Source: an uncultured Latescibacterota bacterium (GTDB taxonomy: Bacteria; Latescibacterota; UBA2968). From it: DNA of 64,000 bases. Below, piece after piece: positions 1 through 9,997 of the stretch. Where the stretch lies: positions 293,339-357,338 of the forward strand of contig OX638329.1 of assembly GCA_951812755.1 (NCBI GenBank), read 5' to 3'. Position 1 is the first letter of the stretch; the number at the start of each line of letters is the position of its first letter. A model generated the notes under the pieces. It was given only the letters and a program-made list of their open reading frames with translations, did not search any database and was not told the origin of the DNA. Position numbers and translations under genes: made by a program.

Positions 1-1900
1 ATTTTGTCTCATATCTCTCTTGACCCACCTTTAACCCGAACACATCCACAAAGAGCAAAAAGTCCGGGATATCTACCGTCCCATTCCCGTTAAAATCCGC
101 AGAAGGCTCACCGACCGGTAAGGCAACAGAGGCCCCCTGTAAGGCTACGCTGAGAAACATCGGGAGGGTCTCGGACTGTCTCCCTTGCAAGAGCTTAATC
201 CGCACCAACCGTATCTCTGTCTCTGAAAGCGCATCCGTCGTGCGAAAACGAAGTGTGCCCATCAGACCACTATCCGCCCTTGTTTCGCTACCGGATAACG
301 TCATACCGATATTCGCAAAATCCTTGCCAGAAAGCGCAGACGTGCCCGATAAAACAGGACCCCGCTTAAATCCCTCGTAAATAACCTGCGTTGCATCGTA
401 TTCAAAGCGCACGGAAAGATCGTTTACAGGAATAGCTTTAAGATTTCTCCCGAAAATCTGGATAGATGCAATGCCGCCATCAGGAGAAACACCGAGAAAG
501 GACCTGAACTGATCTCCTTCAGAATCATCTATATCCAGAGAAAGGGAAAATCGGTCACTCGGAATGAGCGTGCTGGTACGCACTGTGCCCAGTTCCGACC
601 ACTCGCTATCGCCTGAAGAATTACTCGCCCGCACCTGGATCTCGTATTCCGTATCGGGATTCAGTCCCGGGATGATCGTTCTCGTCCCGATTATGTTCTG
701 TGGACCATCTATAAATTCTCCGGTGCTGCCTTCTCTATAGCGCAGGTCATAGCTCGAGACGACCGATCCCTCCGGCACTTGCCAGTTGATGACCATACTG
801 GTTACCAATGCCCGCGTCACCATAGGCGTGTCAGGCGGTGGTGGTGGTGTTACTGGTGGTGGTGGTGGTGGCGGTGGTGGCGGTGGTGGCGGTGGTGGTG
901 GTGGCGGTGGTGGAGGGGGAGGCGGTGGTGGTGGCGGTGGTGGTGGTGGTGGCGGTGGTGGCGGTGGTGGCGGTGGTGGCGGTGGTGGAGGGGGAGGCGG
1001 TGGTGGCGGTGGTGGCGGTGGTGGCGGTGGTGGCGGTGGTGGCGGTGGTGGCGGTGGTGGAGGGGGTGGCGGTGGTGGAGGGGGAGGCGGCTCCTCCTCA
1101 ATGTAGTCACCGCTGGCGGTTGCCGCCGTGTTGCCGTTGCCGGCGGCGTCGGTCGCCGCGTCCGCTGCAACCTCGAGTCTGTAGTCCGCGCTGGGCGTGA
1201 CTGCCAGCGTCCAGGCCTTGCCGGAGATCATCTCGACGAACGTCCCCTCCGCCCCGCCGGTGACAGTGATGTCCGCCGCCTCAAAGCCGCTCATCGCCTC
1301 GTCGAAGGTAAAGGTGGCGGTGAAAGCGTCGTTCGTGCGCTGTGGCACGCCCGTAATCGCGACCGTCGGCTTCGTGTTATCTACGACGAACGTGTTGTCG
1401 TTCCGACCATTCGGACCGGGATTCGTCATTATTTCGCCATCGCCCAGGCAGCCCAGGATATCCGGCTTTTCCAGATCCACATGGCCGGGCGTGCTCAGAC
1501 CACCGTCCTTGATGACGATGAAAGGTTCGATCATCACCTTCCCGTTCAGCCCCGCGAGGTCGCCGCCGGACAGCGTCGCATCCCATTGCCAGCTGCATCC
1601 CTCTTCGTCCAACTCAAGGGGCGTCAACGCAAGCGTCGCCGTCGTGCCCGACACCTTGAAGTCAGTCGGATCCACATTCTGCGGATGAGGAGCATCCGCA
1701 ACCGGCTCGGTGAAGGTAATCAGCCAGGTGAGCGCATCGGCGTTCGTGTGCTCGCTGGTCGGGGCCTTCCGCGAGATCGTATTTATATTCGGCGAGGCCT
1801 GAGCGGTAGTTATCATCACGAACAGAACTGCGACAAAAGCGGACGCTACAAGCCGGGCGGCGCGAAGATAAAGTATTATATTTAAGGTGGTTATGTTCAT
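1..1900 (-). CDS. Secreted modular surface protein: signal peptide, Ig-like domains, poly-Pro linker, fibronectin type III, cohesin-like domain, EF-hand/dockerin-like repeat (3' end runs off the window)
   Basis: Not in the ORF track because it has no in-window stop. Hand translation from ATG at 1900: MNITTLNIILYLRAARLVASAFVAVLFVMITTAQA-SPNI...VDNTKPTVAITGVP...FTATFTFDEAMSGF...DAAGNGNTAA (Ig-like), then P79, then FN3 (VINWQVP...YDLRYR...GLNPDTEYEIQVRASN...EWS), then DFNGNGTVDIPDFLLFVDVFG. The C-terminal half parallels 47160..50786. Confidence 0.88.
   Translation of the reverse strand, partial: MNITTLNIILYLRAARLVASAFVAVLFVMITTAQASPNINTISRKAPTSEHTNADALTWLITFTEPVADAPHPQNVDPTDFKVSGTTATLALTPLELDEEGCSWQWDATLSGGDLAGLNGKVMIEPFIVIKDGGLSTPGHVDLEKPDILGCLGDGEIMTNPGPNGRNDNTFVVDNTKPTVAITGVPQRTNDAFTATFTFDEAMSGFEAADITVTGGAEGTFVEMISGKAWTLAVTPSADYRLEVAADAATDAAGNGNTAATASGDYIEEEPPPPPPPPPPPPPPPPPPPPPPPPPPPPPPPPPPPPPPPPPPPPPPPPPPPPPPPPPPPPPPPPPPPPPPPPPPPPPPPVTPPPPPDTPMVTRALVTSMVINWQVPEGSVVSSYDLRYREGSTGEFIDGPQNIIGTRTIIPGLNPDTEYEIQVRASNSSGDSEWSELGTVRTSTLIPSDRFSLSLDIDDSEGDQFRSFLGVSPDGGIASIQIFGRNLKAIPVNDLSVRFEYDATQVIYEGFKRGPVLSGTSALSGKDFANIGMTLSGSETRADSGLMGTLRFRTTDALSETEIRLVRIKLLQGRQSETLPMFLSVALQGASVALPVGEPSADFNGNGTVDIPDFLLFVDVFGLKVGQERYETK
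855..1091. repeat. GGN/CCN microsatellite (mainly ggtggtggc with ggaggggga interruptions) encoding 79 consecutive prolines on the minus strand
   Basis: Directly visible. The count comes from the antisense poly-Gly ORF 786..1106 (79 G between VT and SSSM). Confidence 0.95.
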
Positions 1901-2057
1901 ACGATATATTAATAATGAATACTTGTAGATTAGAATAATTATCAGAATTTTACATAAAACGTTTGCAAAAAACAAATCCTGTTTTAAGGACCGTTATGGG
2001 TGGGCTAATGTCATGCATGTGGCATGCATGTGCAACCCAACCAGCCCTCAACCCCCG

Positions 2058-2090
2058 TGGATTGCGGCTCAACACCATGCCGCGATGACG
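2058..2090. repeat. REP-like palindromic element (TGGAT-GCGGC..CATGCCGCGATGAC family)
   Basis: tggattgcggctcaacaccatgccgcgatgacg; related copies at 25148, 35949 (partial), 47110 and 54270, and a variant at 5607. Confidence 0.8.
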
Positions 2091-2126
2091 AGTGCCTTTA
2101 ACGTTTTACACTTCACACTTCTTACT

Positions 2127-3224
2127 TCACACTTCCTGATCTCTCGTCTCCAAAAACGCATTCAAATCTTCCAACCCCATCCCCGCAATCCCCAACTCGC
2201 GCACGCTGCGCCCTGTTGTCCACCCATCAAAACCCATCACCACAGACGCAATATCCACCAGCCCGCGCATCAAAGGCGCATCCACCCCGTATTGCGCGCC
2301 CACATCGTGCCATGCTGAAAGACCATAAGGAATATCCTCCGTAAGCCATCGGCTCTCAAGCGACCCCGGCGCCTTGAGTTGCGTCAGCATCCGGCTGCCA
2401 TTAATCGCTGCCCACAAATCGCCCTTCGGACCAAAACCCGCGCGATAAAACGCCTCATCAGCCGCCATCAGATCGTACCCCAAAGCCTTTGCAATAGCTC
2501 TGCGCTCAGCATCCACAGCCATAATCGTCTTCGCCACAGACGGAGAAACCCCCTCCTCGTAAAAATAGAACTCCCCGTGAGAATACTCAATCCGCCCCGC
2601 ATTCATCAACACACCCGCGGGATGCACAACCGGATTCATCGCAGACAAACCACACGCCATCACCGTTGGATACGCCTGAATCCCCGGAAAAAAAGGCGAC
2701 AGACGCTCGCGCACCCGCTCTGTATCCGCAGCCGGCAAAACCCCCAAACCCAACCCGGTCACAGTACCCCAAATCGTCGCCGTATCTGGCGCGGTTTTCC
2801 GACACACATAAGGCGCAGTATCCACCTCGGCAAGCGTGACACCTCCCACACCCCGTTCCCTCAGCAGCGTCGCCCATTCCAGCGTACCCAGCGTACCCGG
2901 CATCAACACAACCGTATGCTCCGGTCTCAGATAGGGAGCACACACCAGCGCAAAAGGCTTATGGGCATACGCCGGCACAATCACCAGAATCAGATCCGAG
3001 GCATTCAAAGCCACTTCCATATCCGTGGTCAAACTGTGAACTTCTGCCGCCCCTGTCTCCTCAACGCCCAACAGATGAATCACGCCACTGTCGCGCACCG
3101 GATCGAGCATCTCCCCAAACTCCGGCAATTCGCAAAGCGTAACACCAAAACCCTTCAACGTCAGATTAGCAGCCGCAGCAAACGCCGTATTACCCCCACC
3201 GAGAATTGTAATATGTTCAGACAT
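2127..3224 (-). CDS. NAD/NADP-dependent octopine/nopaline (opine) dehydrogenase family protein
   Basis: N-terminal Rossmann ITILGGGNTA, NPVVHP motif, FYFYEEG, and RWLTEDIPYGL typical of the Octopine_DH C-terminal domain. Confidence 0.85.
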   Translation of the reverse strand: MSEHITILGGGNTAFAAAANLTLKGFGVTLCELPEFGEMLDPVRDSGVIHLLGVEETGAAEVHSLTTDMEVALNASDLILVIVPAYAHKPFALVCAPYLRPEHTVVLMPGTLGTLEWATLLRERGVGGVTLAEVDTAPYVCRKTAPDTATIWGTVTGLGLGVLPAADTERVRERLSPFFPGIQAYPTVMACGLSAMNPVVHPAGVLMNAGRIEYSHGEFYFYEEGVSPSVAKTIMAVDAERRAIAKALGYDLMAADEAFYRAGFGPKGDLWAAINGSRMLTQLKAPGSLESRWLTEDIPYGLSAWHDVGAQYGVDAPLMRGLVDIASVVMGFDGWTTGRSVRELGIAGMGLEDLNAFLETRDQEV

Positions 3225-3233
3225 AAAAGACCC

Positions 3234-3803
3234 CTACCATGAAAAATCAGCAATCCGAAGCTCAAACCCCGGCAACTGATCAGAAGTATAAACATCGCCC
3301 TCTCCCAATTCCCGAGCCAGATAATCGTGCTCTCCACGCGAAAGAACCGTAACAACCCGCCGAAAGGGATCGACAATGACGTATTCTGCCACACCTATAT
3401 CAAAATATTCTCCACGCTTCAAAATATAATCTCGCTCCTCGCTCCCCCTGCTCACAACCTCAAAAACGAGATCGGGAACCAGATCGTAAATATGGTCAGC
3501 AGACACATCGTCTAAATACACGGCAATATCACCAACCCGATCCGTCTGGTCCGAAGTCCGTATCCAGCCCTCGGGCGCAATGAGTTCAATCATCTCTGAA
3601 TGGGTATGTCTATAGACGTAGAGCCTCTCGAGAATTTCGGAAACCACCTGCATATGCGGCAAATCGCTCGGCTCCATCACAACCAATCTCTTTTCCACGC
3701 GCTCATACCGATAGGGCGCATCCCACTCCGCCTCGGCAAACTCCTCGTCCGTCAGAAACCGCCCCTGATCTTTTAAACCCAATTTCAAGTGTGTTTTTGT
3801 CAT
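3234..3803 (-). CDS. Uma2 family (DUF820) putative restriction endonuclease
   Basis: RYERVEKRLVVM, PDLVFEVVSRGS, DYILKRGEY, GVAEYVIVDP, LPGFELRI. Start placed at MTKTHL. Confidence 0.9.
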   Translation of the reverse strand: MTKTHLKLGLKDQGRFLTDEEFAEAEWDAPYRYERVEKRLVVMEPSDLPHMQVVSEILERLYVYRHTHSEMIELIAPEGWIRTSDQTDRVGDIAVYLDDVSADHIYDLVPDLVFEVVSRGSEERDYILKRGEYFDIGVAEYVIVDPFRRVVTVLSRGEHDYLARELGEGDVYTSDQLPGFELRIADFSW

Positions 3804-3808
3804 AATAC

Positions 3809-4384
3809 TCACCATCCCAGATTGGCAATTGGCAGTTCAAACCCTGGCAATTGATCAGAAGTATAAACATCGCCCTCTCCCAATTCCCGATCCAGATAAT
3901 CGTGCTCCCCACGCGAAAGAACCGTAACCACTTTTCGAAAGGGGTCGACAATCACATATTCTGCCACCCCCAGATCGAAATACTCCCCACGCTTCAAAAT
4001 ATAATCTCGTTCTTCGCTCCCTCTGCTCACAACCTCGAAAACAACGCGGGGAATCCTTTCGTATTGTTGATCGGACTGCGGCTCATCTTCCGTGAGATAA
4101 ACGCCGATATCCGCCATGCGATCCTGTCCTTCCCCAGTGCGAATCCACGCCTCTGTCGCTGCCATTTCAATCATTCCCGGATGGGCTGCATCGTAAATAG
4201 AGATCTCTTTCACAACAGCCCATACCAACCCCAAATGCGTCTTACCACTTGGCGACATAACCACAAGCCTCCCTTCCACGCGCTCATATCGATAGGGCGC
4301 ATCGCATGCCGCTTGGGCAAACTCCTCGTCCGTCAGCAACCGCCCCTGATCTTTCAAGCCCAATCTCAATTTTGTCTCCAGCAT
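3809..4384 (-). CDS. Uma2 family putative endonuclease (tandem paralog)
   Basis: Same motifs. GGAGGT RBS before ATG 4384. The C-terminal third is nearly identical to the neighbouring copy. Confidence 0.9.
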   Translation of the reverse strand: MLETKLRLGLKDQGRLLTDEEFAQAACDAPYRYERVEGRLVVMSPSGKTHLGLVWAVVKEISIYDAAHPGMIEMAATEAWIRTGEGQDRMADIGVYLTEDEPQSDQQYERIPRVVFEVVSRGSEERDYILKRGEYFDLGVAEYVIVDPFRKVVTVLSRGEHDYLDRELGEGDVYTSDQLPGFELPIANLGW

Positions 4385-4398
4385 AGCCTGACCTCCGT

Positions 4399-5556
4399 TC
4401 ACGACTCACTTTTCATCGCCCACTGTTGCTTCTTCTCTCTCATCTCTGCATTCAATTCCACCTCGCGCTGCGGCGTCTGATTCGCGCTATCCTGAACCCA
4501 CTCACCTTCGCGCTTCTCTACAGGCTGTCGCTGTGCCACATTCAGAATCCCAAATGGGCGATGCGGCTCTTTTTGGTACCAGTAAGCCACAGACGCCATC
4601 TCATTCGCCAGATGATTGCCGTGCCCGTGCTCAATCGTCACCTTAATCTCCTTTTCAAACCGCACCGGATTGGTCAAATGAAAAACATAAGACGTCTGAT
4701 ACCCACCCGTATTCCGCTCATAAATCGACGACCCATTCATCAAAAACGCATTATCCTGCATCCCCCACGCCTGATTGAGATAATCCTCGCTACCCGTACC
4801 GTGCAACTCCGGCGGCCACTTGTACCCATCCACCCAGATCATATCATCGCCCTCACCCCACCACGTCCCCTGAAAATTCGTCACCGACAAATTGCACCCA
4901 ATATAATGTCCGACACCCGCCGCCTCCAAAATCACATAATTGCCATCCCACGCCTGCCGCTCAACATTGACAATATTCGCCTCGGGCGTATTGACGCGAA
5001 TTTCGTGCCCCCAACCATCGCACGGATTTTCCCTGTGAAATTGCGCGTGAAAATACGCCGTATCTTCGCCCCAGGGAGCGTCGTACAACTCGTAATCCAC
5101 ATAAAAATATTGCCGATAAGACTCATCGCCCTCATTCGTCACCTCAACGCGCGCAGAGCGATTAAACGGCATAAGCAAATAGCAATTCAGTGCCGCATTG
5201 GGCACAAACTGATTCTCGCGCTGTGCATTGGCAGACGCTGAAAAGGGCAGCGATTGAAAAGACGTTGAAATACCGTGTCCCAAACAAAAGAAATCCCCCA
5301 ACGGCACCTCGACACTCGGATCTTCTTCACCATCCCAAAACATCTTCAAAACCACATTGCGAAAAGCACCATCCCCGCTTTGCGTCATCCAAATATGCGT
5401 AATACAACCCGGTCCCTTGAGATCGGCCAACACGCGCGTCTCTCCCCCCTCAATAACCCATGCATCGCCATTGCGTCCACTGTTATCCCATGACGACGCC
5501 CGCAACGTCCTGGCTCTTTTGGTCTGCGTAAGTGAAGCGAGCATATGAGCGTCCAT
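4399..5556 (-). CDS. DUF2961 family protein (glycoside hydrolase family 172-like)
   Basis: SSWD..GRNGD, GPGCITHIWMT, VPLGDFF, WWGEGDDMIWVDG, GTGSEDY, IEHGH motifs; AAGGAGGAG RBS. Confidence 0.88.
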   Translation of the reverse strand: MDAHMLASLTQTKRARTLRASSWDNSGRNGDAWVIEGGETRVLADLKGPGCITHIWMTQSGDGAFRNVVLKMFWDGEEDPSVEVPLGDFFCLGHGISTSFQSLPFSASANAQRENQFVPNAALNCYLLMPFNRSARVEVTNEGDESYRQYFYVDYELYDAPWGEDTAYFHAQFHRENPCDGWGHEIRVNTPEANIVNVERQAWDGNYVILEAAGVGHYIGCNLSVTNFQGTWWGEGDDMIWVDGYKWPPELHGTGSEDYLNQAWGMQDNAFLMNGSSIYERNTGGYQTSYVFHLTNPVRFEKEIKVTIEHGHGNHLANEMASVAYWYQKEPHRPFGILNVAQRQPVEKREGEWVQDSANQTPQREVELNAEMREKKQQWAMKSES

Positions 5557-5886
5557 CTCTCCTCCTTATTAGCAATCAACGCGAATTAATTAAAAGCACC
5601 CTCATCCTGGACGCCTAATTAAGGCATGCAGGCGTGACGAGCACCTATCGTCATTACAAGTACTCCAGTCTTTCCAACGTCCAGAATATTCAGAATTTTA
5701 CCCACCGCGTCAAAGGGTTTTTTTAGAAAAAAAATAATACGCCAACAAATCGCAAAATTTTCTTTTTGCAAACGTTAAATCCGTTTCCTACAGCCCCCGA
5801 TTTTTGCTCTAAATCTCGCAGATACAGACAATTGAACACACCTGCACCCCAACACCAGCAATATTACAATTTGCATATATTTGGTA

Positions 5887-5918
5887 TTGACTTTTTTTTT
5901 AGACCACCATATATTGTG
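5887..5918 (+). promoter_or_regulatory. sigma70 promoter of nrdA overlapped by an NrdR box
   Basis: TTGACT(5887)-17 bp-TATATT(5910). CACCATATATTGTG (5905-5918) matches the NrdR consensus acaCwAtATaTwGtg; a weaker box lies near 5872-5885. Confidence 0.75.
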
Positions 5919-6269
5919 CTTGAAGTTGTTAATGAGAATTTGTTCGATGTCCTCGTTGAGCTATTTTGTCGCGGTCAGACCAAACATGTGCTGAACTTGA
6001 TTCAGTAATCTTTAGCAACTGCTTTTGTTTTTCAAGTTGTTATTTTTTTTCGGGAAAACAAATCCATTGTTCGCAGTCTCTCCCCGTCTCTGCGATTGGG
6101 ATTTCTCACCTAAAGTTTTCCCGATTTGTTATCTAAAAACAAAACCCCACACTCATTTTTCAACCCTCCCCGTTGTGGTTTTTATGCAGCGGTTATGGGT
6201 TTATTTTTTCTGCGAGAACACGCAGGAGCAGGCTCCTATTGGTTCTCGGCTGGTATTTGGGAGGCAGGC

Positions 6270-9161
6270 ATGGCCGAAATAGTTGACGCTTTACTGGAAG
6301 CGGTTGGTTTTGCGGTACGCAAACGCGATGGTCGAATCGTCGATTTTGACCGCGTGCGCATTGAACGCGCGATTGAGGCAGCATTTAGAGCCGAGTTGGG
6401 GTTGTCCAACGATCATTCATTGCCGCCCAAAATTGAAACCGATGTGTCGGGACTCACCGACGCTGTTATTGCTGAAATTGAAGATGAATTGCACGAGCCG
6501 GATGACAGCGTGGATGTCGAACGCATCCAGGACAAAGTCGAAATCCAGTTGATGCGTGCAGGACATTTTGCGGTCGCGCGACGCTACATCGTCTATCGAG
6601 AAGACCACAAAAAAGCCCGCGTACTCAGCGGCCAGGAAGAACCCCAGGACCCCAACGCACCCAAACTCCGCGTACAAACAGCCGATGGCAAGCGCGAACC
6701 CCTGGATGCCAACCGCATTCGCACCGAAGTATTTGCCGTCTGCGATGACGACGTAGATCCTCAAGACCTGCTCAATGAGATATATCGCTCCCTCTACGAC
6801 GACATCAAACCCGACGATATTGAACGCGCCATGATCCTGTCAGCGCGCAGCCGCGTGGAAAAAGAACCCGCCTATAGCAAAGTCGCAATGCGCTTGCTCC
6901 TCAACGTAATCTATCGCCACGCCCTGGGATTCAAACCCGCGCTTGAAGACAGGGACACAGCATGTCAGCAGGGATTTGCAAAATTTATTGAAACGGGCAT
7001 TGAAAACGACCGTTTAGATCCCAAATTGCGCACTTATGATCTGGAGCGTCTATCTGAAGCCTTAAAACCCGAGCGCGATGAAGACTTTGAGTACCTGGGC
7101 GTACAAACGATCTTTGATCGCTACTTGCTCCACGTCAACGAGCGCCGCATTGAAACCCCGCAGTTCTTCTGGATGCGCGTGGCCATGGGCCTGTCCTGGG
7201 ACGAATATGACAAAGAGGCACGCGCCATTCAATTTTACGAAGTACTCTCTTCCTTCCGATTTGTCTCTGCCACGCCCACCCTGTTCAATGCCGGCACCCT
7301 GCATCCGCAGTTGTCCTCGTGTTATCTGTCAACCGCGCAAGATGACCTGGAACACATATTCAAAATGGTATCCGACAATGCCAAATTGTCCAAATGGGCT
7401 GGCGGTCTGGGCAATGACTGGACAAATGTGCGCGCGACAAATTCCTATATCCGCGGCACAAATGGCAAAAGCCAGGGCGTCATTCCATTTTTGAAAGTCG
7501 TGAACGATACCGCAGTTGCCGTCAACCAGGGCGGAAAACGCAAAGGCGCGGTATGCTCCTATCTGGAAACCTGGCACCTGGACATCGAAGATTTTATGGA
7601 ACTGCGCAAAAACACGGGCGATGACCGCCGCCGCACGCACGACATGAACACGGCCAACTGGATCCCCGACCTGTTTATGAAGCGCGTCATGGAAAAGGGA
7701 ACCTGGACTCTGTTCAGCCCAGATGAAGTCCCCGACCTGCACGATTTGTACGGCAAAGCCTTTGAAGAAAAATACCTCGCGTATGAACAAAAAGCCGAAG
7801 CCGGTGAACTGCAACAACATCGCCAGATCGATGCCGTGCAACTGTGGCGAAAAATGTTGTCCATGCTCTTTGAAACCGGGCACCCGTGGATCACATTTAA
7901 AGACCCGTCCAATATCCGCTCTCCGCAGGATCACGCGGGCGTTGTCCACAGCTCGAATTTGTGTACTGAAATTTTGTTGAACACGAGCCGCGAAGAAACC
8001 GCAGTATGCAACCTCGGCTCTGTAAATCTCGTGGCGCATATCACACCCACGGGCCTCAACCGCGAATTGCTGGAAGATACAATATCCACAGCGCTTCGGA
8101 TGCTGGACAACGTAATAGACATCAACTTTTATCCCACAGAAGAAGCCGCCACATCCAACAAACGCCACCGTCCAGTGGGCCTGGGCATCATGGGATTTCA
8201 GGACGCGCTATATCTGTTGAATTTGCCCTACGATTCGCAAGGCGCGGTTGACTTTGCCGACGTGAGCATGGAAATGATCTCGTATTACGCGATCCTATCC
8301 TCAACGCACCTGGCCGAAGAACGCGGCACATATCACTCCTACATCGGTTCAAAATGGGACCGCGGCATATTGCCCATCGATACCTTGAAGATATTGGAAC
8401 AGGAACGGGGGTCGTACTGTGAAGTGGATATGTCCGCGCGCCTGGACTGGAATATAGTGCGCGAGGCAGTCGCCGAACACGGCATGCGAAACAGCAATGT
8501 CATGGCCATTGCCCCAACCGCCACCATATCGAATATCTCGGGCGTGACGCAGTCCATCGAGCCGATGTATCGCAACCTGTATGTAAAAGCAAATCTGTCC
8601 GGTGACTTTACAGTATTAAATCCCTACATGGTCGATGCCCTGAAAGCGCGCGACCTGTGGGACGACCAGATGGTAGATGATCTGAAGTATTTCGATGGCT
8701 CAGTCCAGGAAATTGACCGTGTGCCGCAAGACATAAAAGCACTCTACAAAACCGCATTCGAAGTGGCACCCGAGTGGCTCATCGAATGCGCCAGCCGCCG
8801 ACAAAAATGGATCGACATGGGCCAATCGCTGAATCTGTACATCGCAGCCCCCAGCGGCAAGGCACTGGACGACATGTACAAACTCGCCTGGGTGCGCGGG
8901 CTAAAGACCACGTACTACTTGCGCTCGCTGGCAGCGACCCAGATCGAGAAATCCACCATGGACATCAACAAACGCGGCGTCCAGCCCCGGTGGATGCAGT
9001 CCAAATCCGCTTCGAGCGATGTGCAAGTGCAACGCGAAGATGCACCTGTAGAAACTGACGCGTCTCTCAACGGGCAGGTACACCACGAGACCCCTGCCAC
9101 ACCAGGCCCAACGGCTGCATCCTGCGATATTACAGACGGGACATGTGAGGCGTGTCAGTAA
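6270..9161 (+). CDS. nrdA: Ribonucleoside-diphosphate reductase class I alpha subunit with N-terminal ATP-cone domain(s)
   Basis: [15 protein letters not shown] cone plus a second degenerate cone; [33 protein letters not shown] and C-terminal CEACQ. GGAGG RBS before ATG 6270. Confidence 0.97.
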   Translation: MAEIVDALLEAVGFAVRKRDGRIVDFDRVRIERAIEAAFRAELGLSNDHSLPPKIETDVSGLTDAVIAEIEDELHEPDDSVDVERIQDKVEIQLMRAGHFAVARRYIVYREDHKKARVLSGQEEPQDPNAPKLRVQTADGKREPLDANRIRTEVFAVCDDDVDPQDLLNEIYRSLYDDIKPDDIERAMILSARSRVEKEPAYSKVAMRLLLNVIYRHALGFKPALEDRDTACQQGFAKFIETGIENDRLDPKLRTYDLERLSEALKPERDEDFEYLGVQTIFDRYLLHVNERRIETPQFFWMRVAMGLSWDEYDKEARAIQFYEVLSSFRFVSATPTLFNAGTLHPQLSSCYLSTAQDDLEHIFKMVSDNAKLSKWAGGLGNDWTNVRATNSYIRGTNGKSQGVIPFLKVVNDTAVAVNQGGKRKGAVCSYLETWHLDIEDFMELRKNTGDDRRRTHDMNTANWIPDLFMKRVMEKGTWTLFSPDEVPDLHDLYGKAFEEKYLAYEQKAEAGELQQHRQIDAVQLWRKMLSMLFETGHPWITFKDPSNIRSPQDHAGVVHSSNLCTEILLNTSREETAVCNLGSVNLVAHITPTGLNRELLEDTISTALRMLDNVIDINFYPTEEAATSNKRHRPVGLGIMGFQDALYLLNLPYDSQGAVDFADVSMEMISYYAILSSTHLAEERGTYHSYIGSKWDRGILPIDTLKILEQERGSYCEVDMSARLDWNIVREAVAEHGMRNSNVMAIAPTATISNISGVTQSIEPMYRNLYVKANLSGDFTVLNPYMVDALKARDLWDDQMVDDLKYFDGSVQEIDRVPQDIKALYKTAFEVAPEWLIECASRRQKWIDMGQSLNLYIAAPSGKALDDMYKLAWVRGLKTTYYLRSLAATQIEKSTMDINKRGVQPRWMQSKSASSDVQVQREDAPVETDASLNGQVHHETPATPGPTAASCDITDGTCEACQ

Positions 9162-9193
9162 AAAAAGAAAGGGACGTGCTATGAACACGTCCC
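9160..9193 (-). terminator. Intrinsic terminator hairpin oriented for minus-strand transcription
   Basis: GGGACGTG-ctatgaa-CACGTCCC preceded by an A-run (U-tract on the minus strand), downstream of the 10543-9366 operon. Confidence 0.6.
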
Positions 9194-9365
9194 GATCACA
9201 ATAAATGACCTTGGCTAAAGACATCTATAATTTGCTACATCCCAAAGGTATTTGGCAAGGCTTCATAGAGGAGATGAATATGCGCTGAAAAGGGGAGCAG
9301 TTTATCTATCTCGGACCATTTTGGAGCAGACCACAATAAATTCTGGTGATTTTGAACGACCTCAC

Positions 9366-9659
9366 CTAATTTTTCGTCTCCGAGCGACTAAAACATCTGA
9401 ATAGACCGACTATAGATACATAGATGATGGCAATACCACCTACAAGAATCGCAAATCTATGGTCACTGAATTCTCCAAACGCTATATCCTCTAAAAAAAG
9501 GACACTATATCCGAGAAATAGTCCGGTATCAATCCCAACACCGATTGCAACAACAGAAACAAGTTTTGGAAGATCAGGAACTTCTTTACGCAAGCCACAG
9601 ACTACACAGTAAATCAAAAGAAACACTATACCGAGAATCAGCCCTCTATTTATTGTCAT
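9366..9659 (-). CDS. Small integral membrane protein (about 3 TM), hypothetical
   Basis: 97 aa with three hydrophobic segments; ATGA overlap with the upstream gene. Confidence 0.75.
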   Translation of the reverse strand: MTINRGLILGIVFLLIYCVVCGLRKEVPDLPKLVSVVAIGVGIDTGLFLGYSVLFLEDIAFGEFSDHRFAILVGGIAIIYVSIVGLFRCFSRSETKN

Positions 9660-9997
9660 TGCTCTCTACTTTCCACCCAGTATCCGCACGAACCCCCGAT
9701 AATACTTCCAATGACAATCCCTAACATTCCAAAAGAGCTACCAGCCATCAATCCGCCTATAAGTCCGGCGACCGCGAGTGCATGCGAAGCCATAGAAGAG
9801 GTCTTGGATTGTTGAATCTGGTTATCACGGTTGACAGATGCACTTTCTTGATTGAGCTCTTGGGATTCTTTCGGTAATTCCTTAATAGTGGCAAAGACCG
9901 CATCTTCAATAGTGGCAAAGACCGCATCTTCAGTACGAGTTTGAATTGTCTCTCTTGATTGTTCTGGTCGAATATCTAATTTTGAGAGTTCTCCCAT
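9656..9997 (-). CDS. Hypothetical protein with C-terminal glycine-zipper TM hairpin; candidate toxin partner of the Panacea antitoxin
   Basis: GLIGGLMAGSSFGMLGIVIGSIIGGSCG repeats GxxxG; internal 24-nt tandem duplication at 9884-9931 (EDAVFATI x2); start abuts the upstream stop (TAAATG). Confidence 0.7.
   Translation of the reverse strand: MGELSKLDIRPEQSRETIQTRTEDAVFATIEDAVFATIKELPKESQELNQESASVNRDNQIQQSKTSSMASHALAVAGLIGGLMAGSSFGMLGIVIGSIIGGSCGYWVESREQ

Noticed and set aside
779..1885. Plus-strand Trp/Arg-, Gly- and Val-rich ORFs (also 48295..48693)
   Set aside because: Antisense shadows of the minus-strand Pro-rich surface protein genes.
6126..9161. Intein or longer N-terminus in nrdA
   Set aside because: The length is explained by ATP cones; no intein motifs were seen; the RBS supports a start at 6270.
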